Assembly (NCBI GenBank): GCA_020024715.1
Contig: JAHHTJ010000001.1
Span: 1-28,840, forward strand
Origin: Mycoplasmataceae bacterium
GTDB lineage: Bacteria; Bacillota_I; Bacilli_A; Mycoplasmatales; Mycoplasmoidaceae
Direction: 5' to 3'
DNA length: 28,840 nt
This document shows, in pieces, positions 1-10,629 of this stretch. Within the stretch, counting starts at the first letter, position 1, and every line of letters begins with the position of its first letter. The position numbers and the translations under genes were made by a program. The notes beneath the pieces were generated by a model. The model was not told the origin of the DNA, searched no databases, and saw nothing but the letters and a program-made list of their open reading frames with translations.

Positions 1-26
1 ATTAAATACATTAAAAGAATTAGATT

Positions 27-350
27 ATGGAATATAACAAAAATTTAAATAGCAATGGTGTAGTAATAAATAGTGAATTAAATATAATTAACAATTATGA
101 AATAGAAACTATAAGAAAAATTCATAAATATTCAACTCTTGCTTGTGTATTTTATTGATTATCAATTGTATTTTTCTTTACTTTTATTATTGGAATTATT
201 TTTCAAATTATGACAATTATAAAAATTACAGAATTGCCATCAGAAAATAAACAAAAGACTACTTTTTTAATTTTTTCTTGTTTAGGTATTGTCTTTATCT
301 TAGGTTTAATTTTTGATATAATAATTGCTTCATCAACAAGTAAATATTAA
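27..350 (+). CDS. Small hypothetical membrane protein (107 aa, about 3 hydrophobic segments)
   Basis: Code-4 ORF ATG27..TAA350, MEYNKNLNSNG...LACVFYWLSIVFFFTFIIGIIFQIMTII...FLIFSCLGIVFILGLIFDIIIASSTSKY. Absent from the supplied track because of one TGA; followed by a terminator-like hairpin. Confidence 0.75.
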
Positions 351-363
351 AGTTCAAAATTAT

Positions 364-2400
364 TTAATCAGCTTCTTTAAGCTGATTATTTTTATTACTA
401 CCTTCAATTTCTATTATCATATCTCTTATACTTGCTGCTCGTTCATATTCTTGATTTTTAGCAGCCTCTAACATTTCTTTCTTTAATTTAATAATTAATT
501 TATCTTTTGCTTTAATACCTGTTTTAGCACCGCTTAAAGCTTTTTTTAATTCTTGATTATCTTCATCATTTGTTAATTCAATAATTGGTTTAATAATTGT
601 TTTTGGTGTGATATTATGTTCTTTATTATATGCAATTTGAATATTTCTTCTTCTATTTGTTTCTTGAATGGCTTTTTCCATATCTTTAGAAATAGTATCT
701 GCATACATAATAACTCTTCCATTTACATTTCTAGCAGCTCTTCCAATCATTTGAATTAGTGATCTTTCACTTCTAAATAAACCAGTTTTATCTGCATCAA
801 AGATAGCAACTAAAGAAACTTCTGGAACATCTAATCCTTCTCTTAGTAAATTAATCCCAACAACACAATCATAAATTCCTTTTCTTAAATCATTAATTAT
901 TTTTGTTCGTTGTAATGTTTTTAATTCATTGTGAATATAAGCTACTTTTATGTCACGATGTTTTAAATATTCTGTTAATGATTCAGCCATTTTAATTGTC
1001 ATAACAGTTATAAAAGCTCGTTCGTTTTTTTTATGTAATTGTTGCAATTCAACAATAAGATCTTCAACTTGATTTTTAGTTGGTTTAACTTCAATTACTG
1101 GATCAATTAAACCAGTTGGTCTAATAATTTGTTCAATAACTTGATGATTAACTAAATCTAATTCATAATCATTAGGAGTAGCACTAATATAAATTGCATT
1201 TTTAATTTTATTATTTATTTCATCAAATGATAAAGGACGATTATCAAGTGCACTTGGTAATCTAAACCCATATTCAATTAAAGTTTTTTTTCTAGAAATA
1301 TCAGTATTATGCATTCCTCTAAATTGCGGAAGTGTAATATGTGATTCATCTACTAACAATAATCAATCATTACCTAAGTAATCAAAAATAGTATATGGTT
1401 GTTCACCAGGAGCTCGATTTTCAAAATGTCTAGCATAGTTTTCTATTCCAGGACAACTATTAAAATTTTCAATAGATTCGATATCTTGTTTTGTTCGTTG
1501 TGTAATTCTTTCTTGTTCTAATGGTTTATTTTGTTGTTGAAAATATAAAATTCTTTTATTTAACTCATTTTTTATAGATGATAAAGCTTGTTCTTTAATA
1601 TTATCATTAACAACATATTCATCCGCTGGTAATAAATGAAATCATTTTGGTTTTTCAATAATTTCACCAGTTAATGGATCTAATTTTGTTATTTCTTCAA
1701 TTTCATCACCAAAAAAAGAGATACGATAAATAAATTCATCAGTATTTCCTAGAGCAACTTCTAACACATCACCTTTTGTTCTAAAAGTACCTGGTTTTAA
1801 ATCAATATTATTAACTTGATAATTTAGTTTAACTAGTCTTCTTTTTATTTCTTGCATTGATATTTGCATACCAATTTTTACTACAAGTCAATACATTTTA
1901 AATTCAGCAGGTGGACTTGTTGGATAAATTGAAGCAACACTAGCTACAACAATAACATCTGTATATGCAGATATTGATGCTAATGTAGCTAATCGCATCA
2001 TTTCAATATCTTTATTAGCAGATGAAGATTTTTCAATATATGTATCTGTTCTTGGAATATATGCTTCTGGTTGAAAAAAATCAAAATATGAAACAAAATA
2101 TTCTACATGATTATGCGGAAATAATTCTTTCATTTCAGTATATAATTGCATAACCAGAGTTTTATTGTGAGCAATAATAACTGTTGGACGATTTAATTTT
2201 TGAATAACATTGGCCATTGTAAAGGTTTTACCAGTTCCTGTTGCACCAAGTAAAACTTGATATTTTTTTTGCTCTTTTTCAATACCTTTTACCAACTTTA
2301 AAACAGCTTGAGATTGATCATTTGTTAAAGCGTATTTTGTTACCAACTTAAAAGGTTTTTTTTCTTTTGAAATATCATTAATCATTTTTGCTTTGTTCAT
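364..2400 (-). CDS. uvrB: Excinuclease ABC subunit B (678 aa)
   Basis: Three same-frame track ORFs joined through TGA=Trp. Motifs: Walker [10 protein letters not shown], beta-hairpin [52 protein letters not shown]-terminal UVR domain ([10 protein letters not shown]). Confidence 0.98.
365..396 (+). terminator. Intrinsic terminator for the 27..350 gene, embedded in the 3' end of uvrB
   Basis: TAATCAGCTT-CTTT-AAGCTGATTA perfect 10-bp stem (365-388) followed by TTTTTATT on the + strand. Confidence 0.65.
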
Positions 2401-4888
2401 TCATTTGTTGAATCATTAATTGAGCTAAGATGTCTTTAGAATCTTGTTTTTGTTCATTTAAATCAGAATTTATTAAATTGTTTGTATTTTTAAAAGAATC
2501 AATATTTGCTTTTAATGATTCAATGTTCAAATTAGCATTTTGCATATTATTATGACTAGAAATATATGCAAATACAACTTGATATGCAACATCAACTTTT
2601 AATTTCTCAAAAGCTTTATCACTTTCTTCAACATATAAATGTAAAGGTGAAACTTGTTCTAAACTTCTTAAAGATACACCTTCTCTTAATTTATTACTTA
2701 GATCTAAATATTTTGTTCATGCATCATCTAAACAACTAATTAAAATACTTGTAGCATTAACATTTGCAAAATCAATTCCATAAGTATTAATAATTGTTTC
2801 AATTTCATTTAATAAAACTTCATTAACTTTTTGAATAGTATCATCGAATGTTAAGTTATTAAAATCTTGAATTGTTAAAATATCTTTTTGAAAGCATTGT
2901 TTGTTTAATGCTTCAACCATTGCTTTTACATTAATACGATTTGTATTTTGTTTGTCTCAAAAAATGTTAACAGTATCAATACTTACAATTTTACACATTC
3001 TTTTAATAATTTCTATATTATCTTTTGCTAATAAAATATGATCTCTTTGACGATAAATTAATTCTCTTTGATTACTTAATACTTGATCATAATCAATAAG
3101 ATTTTTTCGCATATCAAAATTAATACCTTCAATCTTTTTTTGAGTATTACTAATCATTCAACTAAAGAAACGTGAATCATATAAAGCATCATTTTTATCA
3201 TTCTTTTCATATTTTTTATTTGCTTTATCAATTCGATCACTTGCATACCTTTGAAAAATAGTATCTTCTAAAGATATAAAAAATCTACTTTCTCCCGGAT
3301 CACCTTGTCTTCCGCTTCTACCTCTTAGTTGTTGATCAATTCTTCTTGATTCGTTTCTTTCTGTACCAATTACATATAAACCACCAAGTTCTTTTACTCC
3401 AACACCTAATTTAATATCAGTTCCTCTACCAGCCATATTAGTAGCAATAGTAATAGCATTTTTTTGTCCTGCTAAAGTAATAATATCAACTTCTTTTTTG
3501 TTATTTTTAGCATTTAATACTTCGTGTGGAATATTTAGTTTACTTAATCTTTCACTTATAATTTCAGAATCATCAACATTAGCAGTACCAACTAAAATTG
3601 GTTGTCCTTGTTCATGTCTTTCAATAATTTCATCTATTACATGTTCAAATTTGCTTTCTTTATTATCAAAAACATAATCAGGAAAGTCTTTTCGAATTAC
3701 AGGTTTATTTGTAGGAATAGGCACAACTACTAAGTTATAAATTTTTAAGAATTCTTCTTTTTCAGTTAATGCAGTACCACTAACTGCTGATAAATTTTCG
3801 TAGTTTCTAAATAAAGATTGATAAGTAATAGAAGCAACTGTTACATTTTCAGCTTCGATTTTTACATTTTCTTTTGCTTGTATTGCTTGTTGTAAACCAT
3901 TACTATAACTTCTACCTTCCATTATTCTTCCAGTAAAATGATCTACTAATTTAATTTCATCTTCTTGTACAATATATTCTTTTCCATTTTTAAAAACATA
4001 ATTTGCCATTATTGCATTTGAAATTTTATGCAATAAATCACTATTAGCAAAATCATAGATATTATTAACATGAAAATTTTCATTACTTTTTTCCATACCA
4101 CTTGGTGTTAATGAAATTCCTTGACTTTCTGGATCTACTTCATAATCATCATCATTTAAAGTTTTTACAAATTCATCAATTGTAATATAAATTTGATTAT
4201 CTTCTTGAGGTTGTCCAGAAATAATTAATGGTGTTCTAGCTTCATCAATTAAAACCGAATCAGCTTCATCAACAATAGCAAAATTAAGTCCACGAAGCAC
4301 TTTTTCTTCATATGTTTTAACCATATTATCTCTTAAATAATCAAATCCCAATTCACTATTTGTTGTATATGTAACATCAGCTTCAAATGCAAATTTCTTT
4401 TCTGGTTGTTTAAAATCTGCTGAATTATAACGAGCTGTCATATTTAATCGATTTAAAATTTTGTTTGCAAATTCAGCATCTCTTTCAACAAGATATTGGT
4501 TAACTGTTACTAAATGAATACCTTTTTTGTATAATGCTGCAACATATGCAGATAAAACTAAGGTTAAAGTTTTTCCTTCACCTGTTCGCATTTCAGCAAA
4601 ATTTCCTAATGTAACAACAATAGCTCCAATTATTTGAACAAAATATGCAAACATACCAGTTTCACGATATGCAGCTTCTCTAATTGTTGCCATTGCATCT
4701 ACTAAAATTAAATCTAATGTTCCACCATCTGAATTTAAAATTTTAACAAATTCATCAGTTTTAGCTTTTAATTCTTCATCTGTTAGATTACGATAATATT
4801 CTTTTCTAGCATCTACTTGAATAGCAATTGATTTTGCTTTTTTAAGTATCCTATTTCTAGGTAAAAGTAACTTAAATATATTTTTCAT
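2378..4888 (-). CDS. secA: Preprotein translocase subunit SecA (836 aa)
   Basis: Same-frame fragments joined through TGA; first TAA at 2378-2380, overlapping the uvrB start by 23 nt. Motifs [74 protein letters not shown]. Confidence 0.98.
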
Positions 4889-4962
4889 TTTTATTAGTCT
4901 ATTTTATTATAAATAAAACTGTTTGCTATATAATATTAATAATTTATAAAAATTGATTAAAT

Positions 4963-5937
4963 ATGATGAATTATTTTAGTTTAGATCTATTTGGTTACAT
5001 TTTTTTAGGAGAAATGATTGGAACATTACTCTTAGTTTTCTTAGGAAATGGAATTAATGCAGTAAATTTATTTAAGAAATCACCTGGATATAATGCTGGA
5101 TGATTGTTTGTTAGTATTGGTTGAGCAGTAGCTGCAGCTATAGGAATTTTATTTTCAATGACAATTGAATCTATTGGAAGTAATTTAGCATTTCAACAAA
5201 CAGGAATCAAAGTTAATTTTGCTTATGGATTGATTAATCCAGCTTTTGATATTACAATGTTTGTTAGTGGGATTTGAGCAAGTACTGTTGGTTGAATTTC
5301 TGCATTTATTCTTTTATTGATTTGTTTAGTTGCTCAATTTATAGGAGCAATTTTAGGTCAATTAATCTTAGATTTTATTAATTGACCAAAATTCAAGGAT
5401 GCTGATCTTTTAACAATTAAAAAAATGCATTGTACTCATAACGATCGAAGAGATGATTGAACTAGAAATATGTTTACAGAATTTGTAGCTGCTAGTATTT
5501 TAATTGCTGTTGGTGTAATTGTTTGTGGCTTTCAAACAAACAATATTGGAAGTGATTTGTGAGTTCCATTTGTTGTTGGATTAACATTAGGAATCATAAG
5601 AGCTTCAATTTGTTCTACTGCTTTTGCTGCTAATCCTGCTAGAGATTTAGGACCAAGATTAATATTTTTATTAATTCCATTACAAAAAATTGGTTTTGAT
5701 CGAAAAGAACAAATTAAATTATTTGATTTCAAATATGCATTATTAGTACCAGTTTTATCACCATTATTGGGTGGAATTTTTGTTGGAGTTTGATGTTGAT
5801 TAGTTCCAGATTTTATGAATAATTATAAAAATAGTATTTATGTAAAACATCCTTTTTTAATTTTTCAAAACCCAATAAAACATAATGTTAATAAATTACA
5901 TATTCAAATAAATAAATTACTAAAAACTAATGTTTAA
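4963..5937 (+). CDS. glpF: MIP-family aquaglyceroporin, glycerol uptake facilitator-like (324 aa)
   Basis: Code-4 ORF missing from the track. GEMIGTLLLVFLGNG (TM1), first NPA (GLINPAF), AQFIGAILG, TEFVAA, second NPARDLGPR (the Asp after NPAR marks aquaglyceroporins), PLLGG. Confidence 0.9.
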
Positions 5938-5952
5938 AATGCATTTTAAACA
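5921..5952 (-). terminator. Palindromic hairpin at the convergent glpF/rnhC junction, probable terminator
   Basis: Perfect 22-bp palindrome TGTTTAAAATGCATTTTAAACA (5931-5952), followed on the minus strand by TTAGTTTTT. The stem is AT-rich and therefore weak. Confidence 0.4.
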
Positions 5953-6583
5953 AATTGTATTGTTCTTTTTCATAGTTATCATTAAGCATAATTTTTAATT
6001 TATTTAATGTAATATTAATTTTATCTTTGTTATATCCTAATGGTAAGTTTACATGATAATATTTTGATAAATCAGCAATTTGTTTTAAAAAATAATATCT
6101 AGCAATTATTGAAGCACAAGCAACTGCAATATATTTATTTTCTGCTTTTGTTTCAAAAAAATCAATTTTAGCAATTTTATCAGGGTTAATTATTGCTAAA
6201 TATTTTTCATAATTTTCTTTACTAGCATATTGATCTAAAATCGTAATGTATTTTTCATTACTAAAACGTTTTTGCAATTTTGAAATTGCTAAATTATGTG
6301 CATATGTTTTTATAATATGTGCATTTTTAAATTTATTATATAAGAAGTTATATTGTTTAACACTAATAATACTAGTTGAATAAGGTATTAGTTTAATTAA
6401 TTTTTTTGCTAATTCGATCACTGAATTAATTGTTAATTTTTTTGAATCTTTAATGTTTAAAGTTTTAATTTTTTCAAAGTAATCTTTGTTTAGAAAAACT
6501 GCAGAAGTAACAATCCCACCAAAAAAGTCTCCAATCCCCACTTCATCAGCACCAATTGTGTTTATAAAATTATTCATACTCAT
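5927..6583 (-). CDS. rnhC: Ribonuclease HIII (type 2 RNase H), catalytic domain only (218 aa)
   Basis: IGADEVGIGDFFGG, IKDSKKL, ILDQY, KAENKYIAVACASIIAR and LPLG match the RNase HIII pattern (DEVGxGDYFG, DQF, KAE). Confidence 0.88.
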   Translation of the reverse strand: MSMNNFINTIGADEVGIGDFFGGIVTSAVFLNKDYFEKIKTLNIKDSKKLTINSVIELAKKLIKLIPYSTSIISVKQYNFLYNKFKNAHIIKTYAHNLAISKLQKRFSNEKYITILDQYASKENYEKYLAIINPDKIAKIDFFETKAENKYIAVACASIIARYYFLKQIADLSKYYHVNLPLGYNKDKINITLNKLKIMLNDNYEKEQYNLFKMHFKH

Positions 6584-6633
6584 ATCTTATGATATATTTA
6601 AAAAAATAGATAAAATATTATTATTGAGATAAA

Positions 6634-7329
6634 ATGCAAAAAATATGATTTGTTGATGTTAAACAACTTGATAAAAAAATAAATAATCAATATGATTTTA
6701 ATCATTATGTATTATCTAAAGAAAAAAATAGAATAAAAGATATTGTAAATACATATAACTTAAAACTTATTGATAAGCAATGTGATATTTGAATTAAAAA
6801 TTGTAGAGTTCGTTTTTTGTTTAACTGCATTGCGTTAATTTTTGCAATTATTTTTATTGTTTTAGGTCTTGGTTTAGCAACTGGAGTATTATTTGATAGA
6901 AAGCTTTTAATAGTAGGAATAGTATTTTTTTTAATTGGTATTTTAACAATCATTATTTATTATTTGGCTGATAATTGAGGTAATCCATTCATGTATAAAT
7001 GGATGAAGTTATTAGAATCAATAAAATTAGAACTTACAAATACTTCAGATTTGCCAACTTCTATCTATTATTTATATTTTTGTGAAAACACAAAAGAACA
7101 AACACCAAACGACTTTATGTTTTATCTTCAATATAAGACAAAGGCGATTCCTGATAAATTTAAAAAATATGTTAATGATCAATTAGAAGCTAGTGTAGCT
7201 GGTTATCATAATAATGAACATAATTTTGAATTAGATGGATATAATTATTTTAAATATTGAGGTAATATTCAAGCAATTTACGAATGAGCAATATTTATTA
7301 AAAAATTAATTAAATATGTAACTAATTAA
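6634..7329 (+). CDS. Hypothetical membrane protein with 2 TM helices (231 aa)
   Basis: Code-4 ORF MQKIWFVDVK...; hydrophobic pair FLFNCIALIFAIIFIVLGLGLATGVLF / LLIVGIVFFLIGILTIIIYY. Includes track ORF 6991..7260; stop is 1 nt before the acpS ATG. Confidence 0.8.
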
Positions 7330-7330
7330 T

Positions 7331-7705
7331 ATGGTTGGAATAGATTTATTTAGCAATAAAAGAAAAGAAATATTTAATAATAAAAAAATAATTAATAGAT
7401 TTTTTTTCAATGAAGAAATTAATTTAATTAATCAAGTAACAGATAAAAACAGCTTAGCTGCTAAAATTTTTGCTTGCAAAGAAGCAGTTTATAAGTTGTT
7501 GCATAATCTGTATCCAGATTTGTATTTTAATAAATTTGCAATTAAAGTTAGTTATGTAAATTATGTTTTTAAAATTTCTTATGTTGCACAAAAAAATGAA
7601 ATAATTAATCAAACAATTAAAAATATAAATTTTAACAATATTTATATTTCAGATGCTGATGAAGCTGAATATATTGTTGTAATTGCTATGTATAATAACA
7701 TGTAA
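7331..7705 (+). CDS. acpS: Holo-ACP synthase / 4'-phosphopantetheinyl transferase (124 aa)
   Basis: MVGIDL N-terminus, RFFFNEE, LAAKIFACKEAVYK (FAxKEAxxK motif), C-terminal ISDADEAEYIVVIAM resembling ISH-x3-YAxA. Confidence 0.85.
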   Translation: MVGIDLFSNKRKEIFNNKKIINRFFFNEEINLINQVTDKNSLAAKIFACKEAVYKLLHNLYPDLYFNKFAIKVSYVNYVFKISYVAQKNEIINQTIKNINFNNIYISDADEAEYIVVIAMYNNM

Positions 7706-7742
7706 TATCTAGTTAAATATCTATTTTGAAATGATAAGAAAT

Positions 7743-8184
7743 ATGTCATTTAATGTATTAAGTAAAAAAATTTATAATTTAAAAATTACAATTTTATCAA
7801 GTTTATTATTTTGTTTATTTTCGTTTATTTTTTTCTTTATTGCAATTATTTTAAACATTACTCATAATGTTTATTGAAATAATAATTTTGATAATTCAAA
7901 TTTATTAAATAATTTATTTAGTAATAATATTTTCTTTGCAATTACTGTAATACCTTTAATTTTAAATGTAATTGTTTCTATTGTTAATACTATAAGATTG
8001 AGTTTTCTTGGATAAAACAACAGATAAAAATTATGGATTTGAAGTAATTTTTATTTTATCTGTTATTTGTATTTTCTTTTCAGGTATTGTTAGCACTATC
8101 TTATCATCTATTAATTTACATAAAATTATTTTTAAGTTTAAAGAAACAAGTAAGATTGTGTCTCAACAAAAAGCAAATGAATAA
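7743..8184 (+). pseudogene. Frameshifted paralogue of the adjacent 8297..8788 membrane protein
   Basis: 5' part (ATG7743, alternative ATG7731) stops at TAA8013-8015; similarity to the downstream gene continues in the +1 frame from 8011 to TAA8182-8184. Removing one base at ...CTTGGATAAA (8007-8016) restores a 146-aa protein. Confidence 0.75.
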
Positions 8185-8296
8185 TTTAAAATATCTATAT
8201 AAACATTAAAATTAACTCTTATTATGTAAATACTAATTTAATAAAATATATTGTATAAATGTGACTTTATCATAAAATGAATAAAAGGATATAAAA

Positions 8297-8788
8297 ATGA
8301 TAAATAAGGAACTTAATAAAAAATTAAAAGATTTAAAAATAACAATTATACTAAGTATAATTTTCTCAACAATTGCTGCATTTGTTATCATAATTGCTAT
8401 TATTCTTTTAGAAATTAATGTTTTTAATTCATTGCAATATTTAAATGATTTAGATATCAACAATCATAATTCTCAACCCATATATAACTATCATATTCCA
8501 TATGTTTCAATTGCTTTTTTTATCATAGGTGTAATTGTTGTAATTTGCAATATTATTACATCAATTATTAATGCAGTTAGAGCAAGTTCTATTAATAATA
8601 AAATTAATAGTAATACTGGTATTGAAACAGTATTTGTATTATGTATGATTTCTATATTTTTTACAGGTGTTATTTCTGCAATATTATCAGGTATTTCTTT
8701 GAATAAGGTTAATAAAATTATTACTTTTATTAAGGTTTCAGATGTTGATGGTGTTCCACCAATCAATCAAGTTACACCACTTCCTTAA
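8297..8788 (+). CDS. Hypothetical membrane protein with about 3 TM helices (163 aa)
   Basis: Uninterrupted ORF with AAGGA upstream, three hydrophobic segments, and a paralogue immediately upstream. Confidence 0.85.
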   Translation: MINKELNKKLKDLKITIILSIIFSTIAAFVIIIAIILLEINVFNSLQYLNDLDINNHNSQPIYNYHIPYVSIAFFIIGVIVVICNIITSIINAVRASSINNKINSNTGIETVFVLCMISIFFTGVISAILSGISLNKVNKIITFIKVSDVDGVPPINQVTPLP

Positions 8789-8837
8789 GTTTAAATAATT
8801 TTCTTGGTTTTAAATTTTAAAAAAAATTAATTTATTG

Positions 8838-8887
8838 TATAATATATATGTAAACGCTTACTCTATATGGGTAAGCATATCTTTTTT
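8838..8887 (+). promoter_or_regulatory. nusA promoter -10 box and leader hairpin with displaced U-tract (putative NusA-dependent attenuator)
   Basis: TATAAT at 8838-8843; stem GCTTACTC(8856-8863)-TATAT-GGGTAAGC(8869-8876) followed by ATATCTTTTTT, upstream of ATG8912. Confidence 0.6.
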
Positions 8888-8911
8888 ATATGGAGTAAAA
8901 AAAACAAAAAT

Positions 8912-10597
8912 ATGGTGAATGAAAACGAAAAGATTTTTGGTTTAATTGATGAAATTGTTAAAAATGATAATTTAACAAGAGAAGATGTAGCAGAAATCTT
9001 AAACGAAGCAATTACAAAGGCTTACAAAAAGACTTTTGTTGATAAAAATTTAAATGTAATTATTGATTATGATAAAAAGATTTTTTTATTACAAGATTTC
9101 TTAAAAGTAGTTGATGACAAGTATTTTGATGATGAAGGAAATGATGATAATGAAATTCCTTTATCTGAAGCTAAAAAAATTAAATCTGATGCTAAAATTG
9201 ATGATTATATTATAAAAGAAATTAGTTTCAAGAGTTTTGAACCTCACACAATTAGAAATGCATTACAACTTTTTAAGCAAAAAGTTAGTGAAAAAATTAA
9301 TGATAAAATTTATAACAAATGAAAAGATAAAAAAGGAACAATTATTTCTGGTAAAGTAGAAACAACTGATCCAATAAAGAATTTTTCTTTTGTTGAATTT
9401 GAAGGTACTAAAGGTTTTGTTTCTTCTGCTGATAAAATTCCAGGAGAAATTTTAGAAATTGGTAAAACTTATAAATTTTATGTAAAGGATGTTAAGCAAC
9501 AAACTAAAGGTTGACCAATTATTTTATCTAGAAGTGATGCTGGTTTTATAAAAGATTTAATTAAATTAGAAGTTCCAGAAGTTGTTCAAGAAATCGTAAC
9601 AATTGAAGCTATATCTAGATTTGCTGGTTTTAAAACAAAAGTTGCTGTTAAGAGTAATAATCCTAGCATTGATCCTGTTATGACATGTATTGGTCAAAGA
9701 AGAAGTAGAATTGATGCAATTTCTCGTGAAATTGATAATCGAGAAAAAATTGAATTTGTAAAATGATATGAAGATCCAATTAAATTTATAGCTAGTGCTT
9801 GTTCACCATCACGCATTTTAGGTGTAGAAATCATTTCTGTAGAAGAAAAAAGTGCTACTATTATCGTTAACAAGGAGTTTTTATCATTAATTATCGGGAT
9901 GAAAGGTCAAAACATTGGTTTAATTGCTAAATTAACTGGTTGAAGTTTAGATGTTAAATCTCGTGATGATGCTGAAAGAGATAATCTTAAATATACACCG
10001 ATTGAACTTGGTTTTTATGATAATAAAAAAGTTAATAAAAATTTTGTTCATCAATTTGCTTCTACAAATGAAATTTTAAAAAATCTAGAAACTAGTGAAT
10101 CTTATGAACATTTCCAAAATGTTTTTGATTTACAAGATCAAGAAGAAGACTTAAAAGAACAAAAAATTGATACCAAAAATAAAACAGAAGAAAATTTAAT
10201 TATTAATGAAATTGCAAATGAAATAAATCAAGAAGAACCTATGGATAAAATTGAAGAAGTTGAAGAAACACCAGTTATTAAAGAAACTAAAATTGTAGAA
10301 AACGAAAATAGAAATGCTAAGGTTGATTACTCTAAATTAAAACAAGAAATCAATAATACACAATTAAATTCTTTAGAAGCAATGTTAAATGATTCTTCTA
10401 AACCTGTTGAAAAGAAAACTAAGAAAAATAATTATAAAAAGAGTAATGTTAATAAGGATAATTCTTCTAAGGAAAAAAAGAAAAATGTTTTAGATGAATT
10501 TGATGATGTAACTCAAGATTATTTAACAAGTGATGAAGATAATGATTATGATGATTCAGATTCATATGATGAATATATGGAAGAATACGAAGAATAA
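8912..10597 (+). CDS. nusA: Transcription termination/antitermination factor NusA with long acidic C-terminal extension (561 aa)
   Basis: Fragments joined via TGA. NTD (EAITKAYKK, LFKQKV), S1 (GTIISGKV...IILSRS), LIKLEVPE, RFAGFKTKVAV, KH2 LIIGMKGQNIGLIAKLTGWSLDV. Start chosen at MVNENEK; the in-frame ATG8867 lies inside the leader hairpin. Confidence 0.95.
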
Positions 10598-10629
10598 TTA
10601 GTAAAAAGTTTATTTTTTAAGGAGGGTAT

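Noticed and set aside
2..37. Open frame LNTLKELDYGI* at the window start, possibly the 3' end of an upstream gene
   Set aside because: Too short to support or identify.
2060..2100. UvrB beta-hairpin YFDFF instead of YYDYY
   Set aside because: Conservative aromatic substitutions that I believe are usual in mycoplasma UvrB; not enough to call unusual.
8867..8911. Longer nusA start (MGKHIFFIWSKKNKN)
   Set aside because: The ATG lies within the leader hairpin, the extension includes a TGG codon that is rare in this window, and NusA-like sequence starts at MVNENEK.
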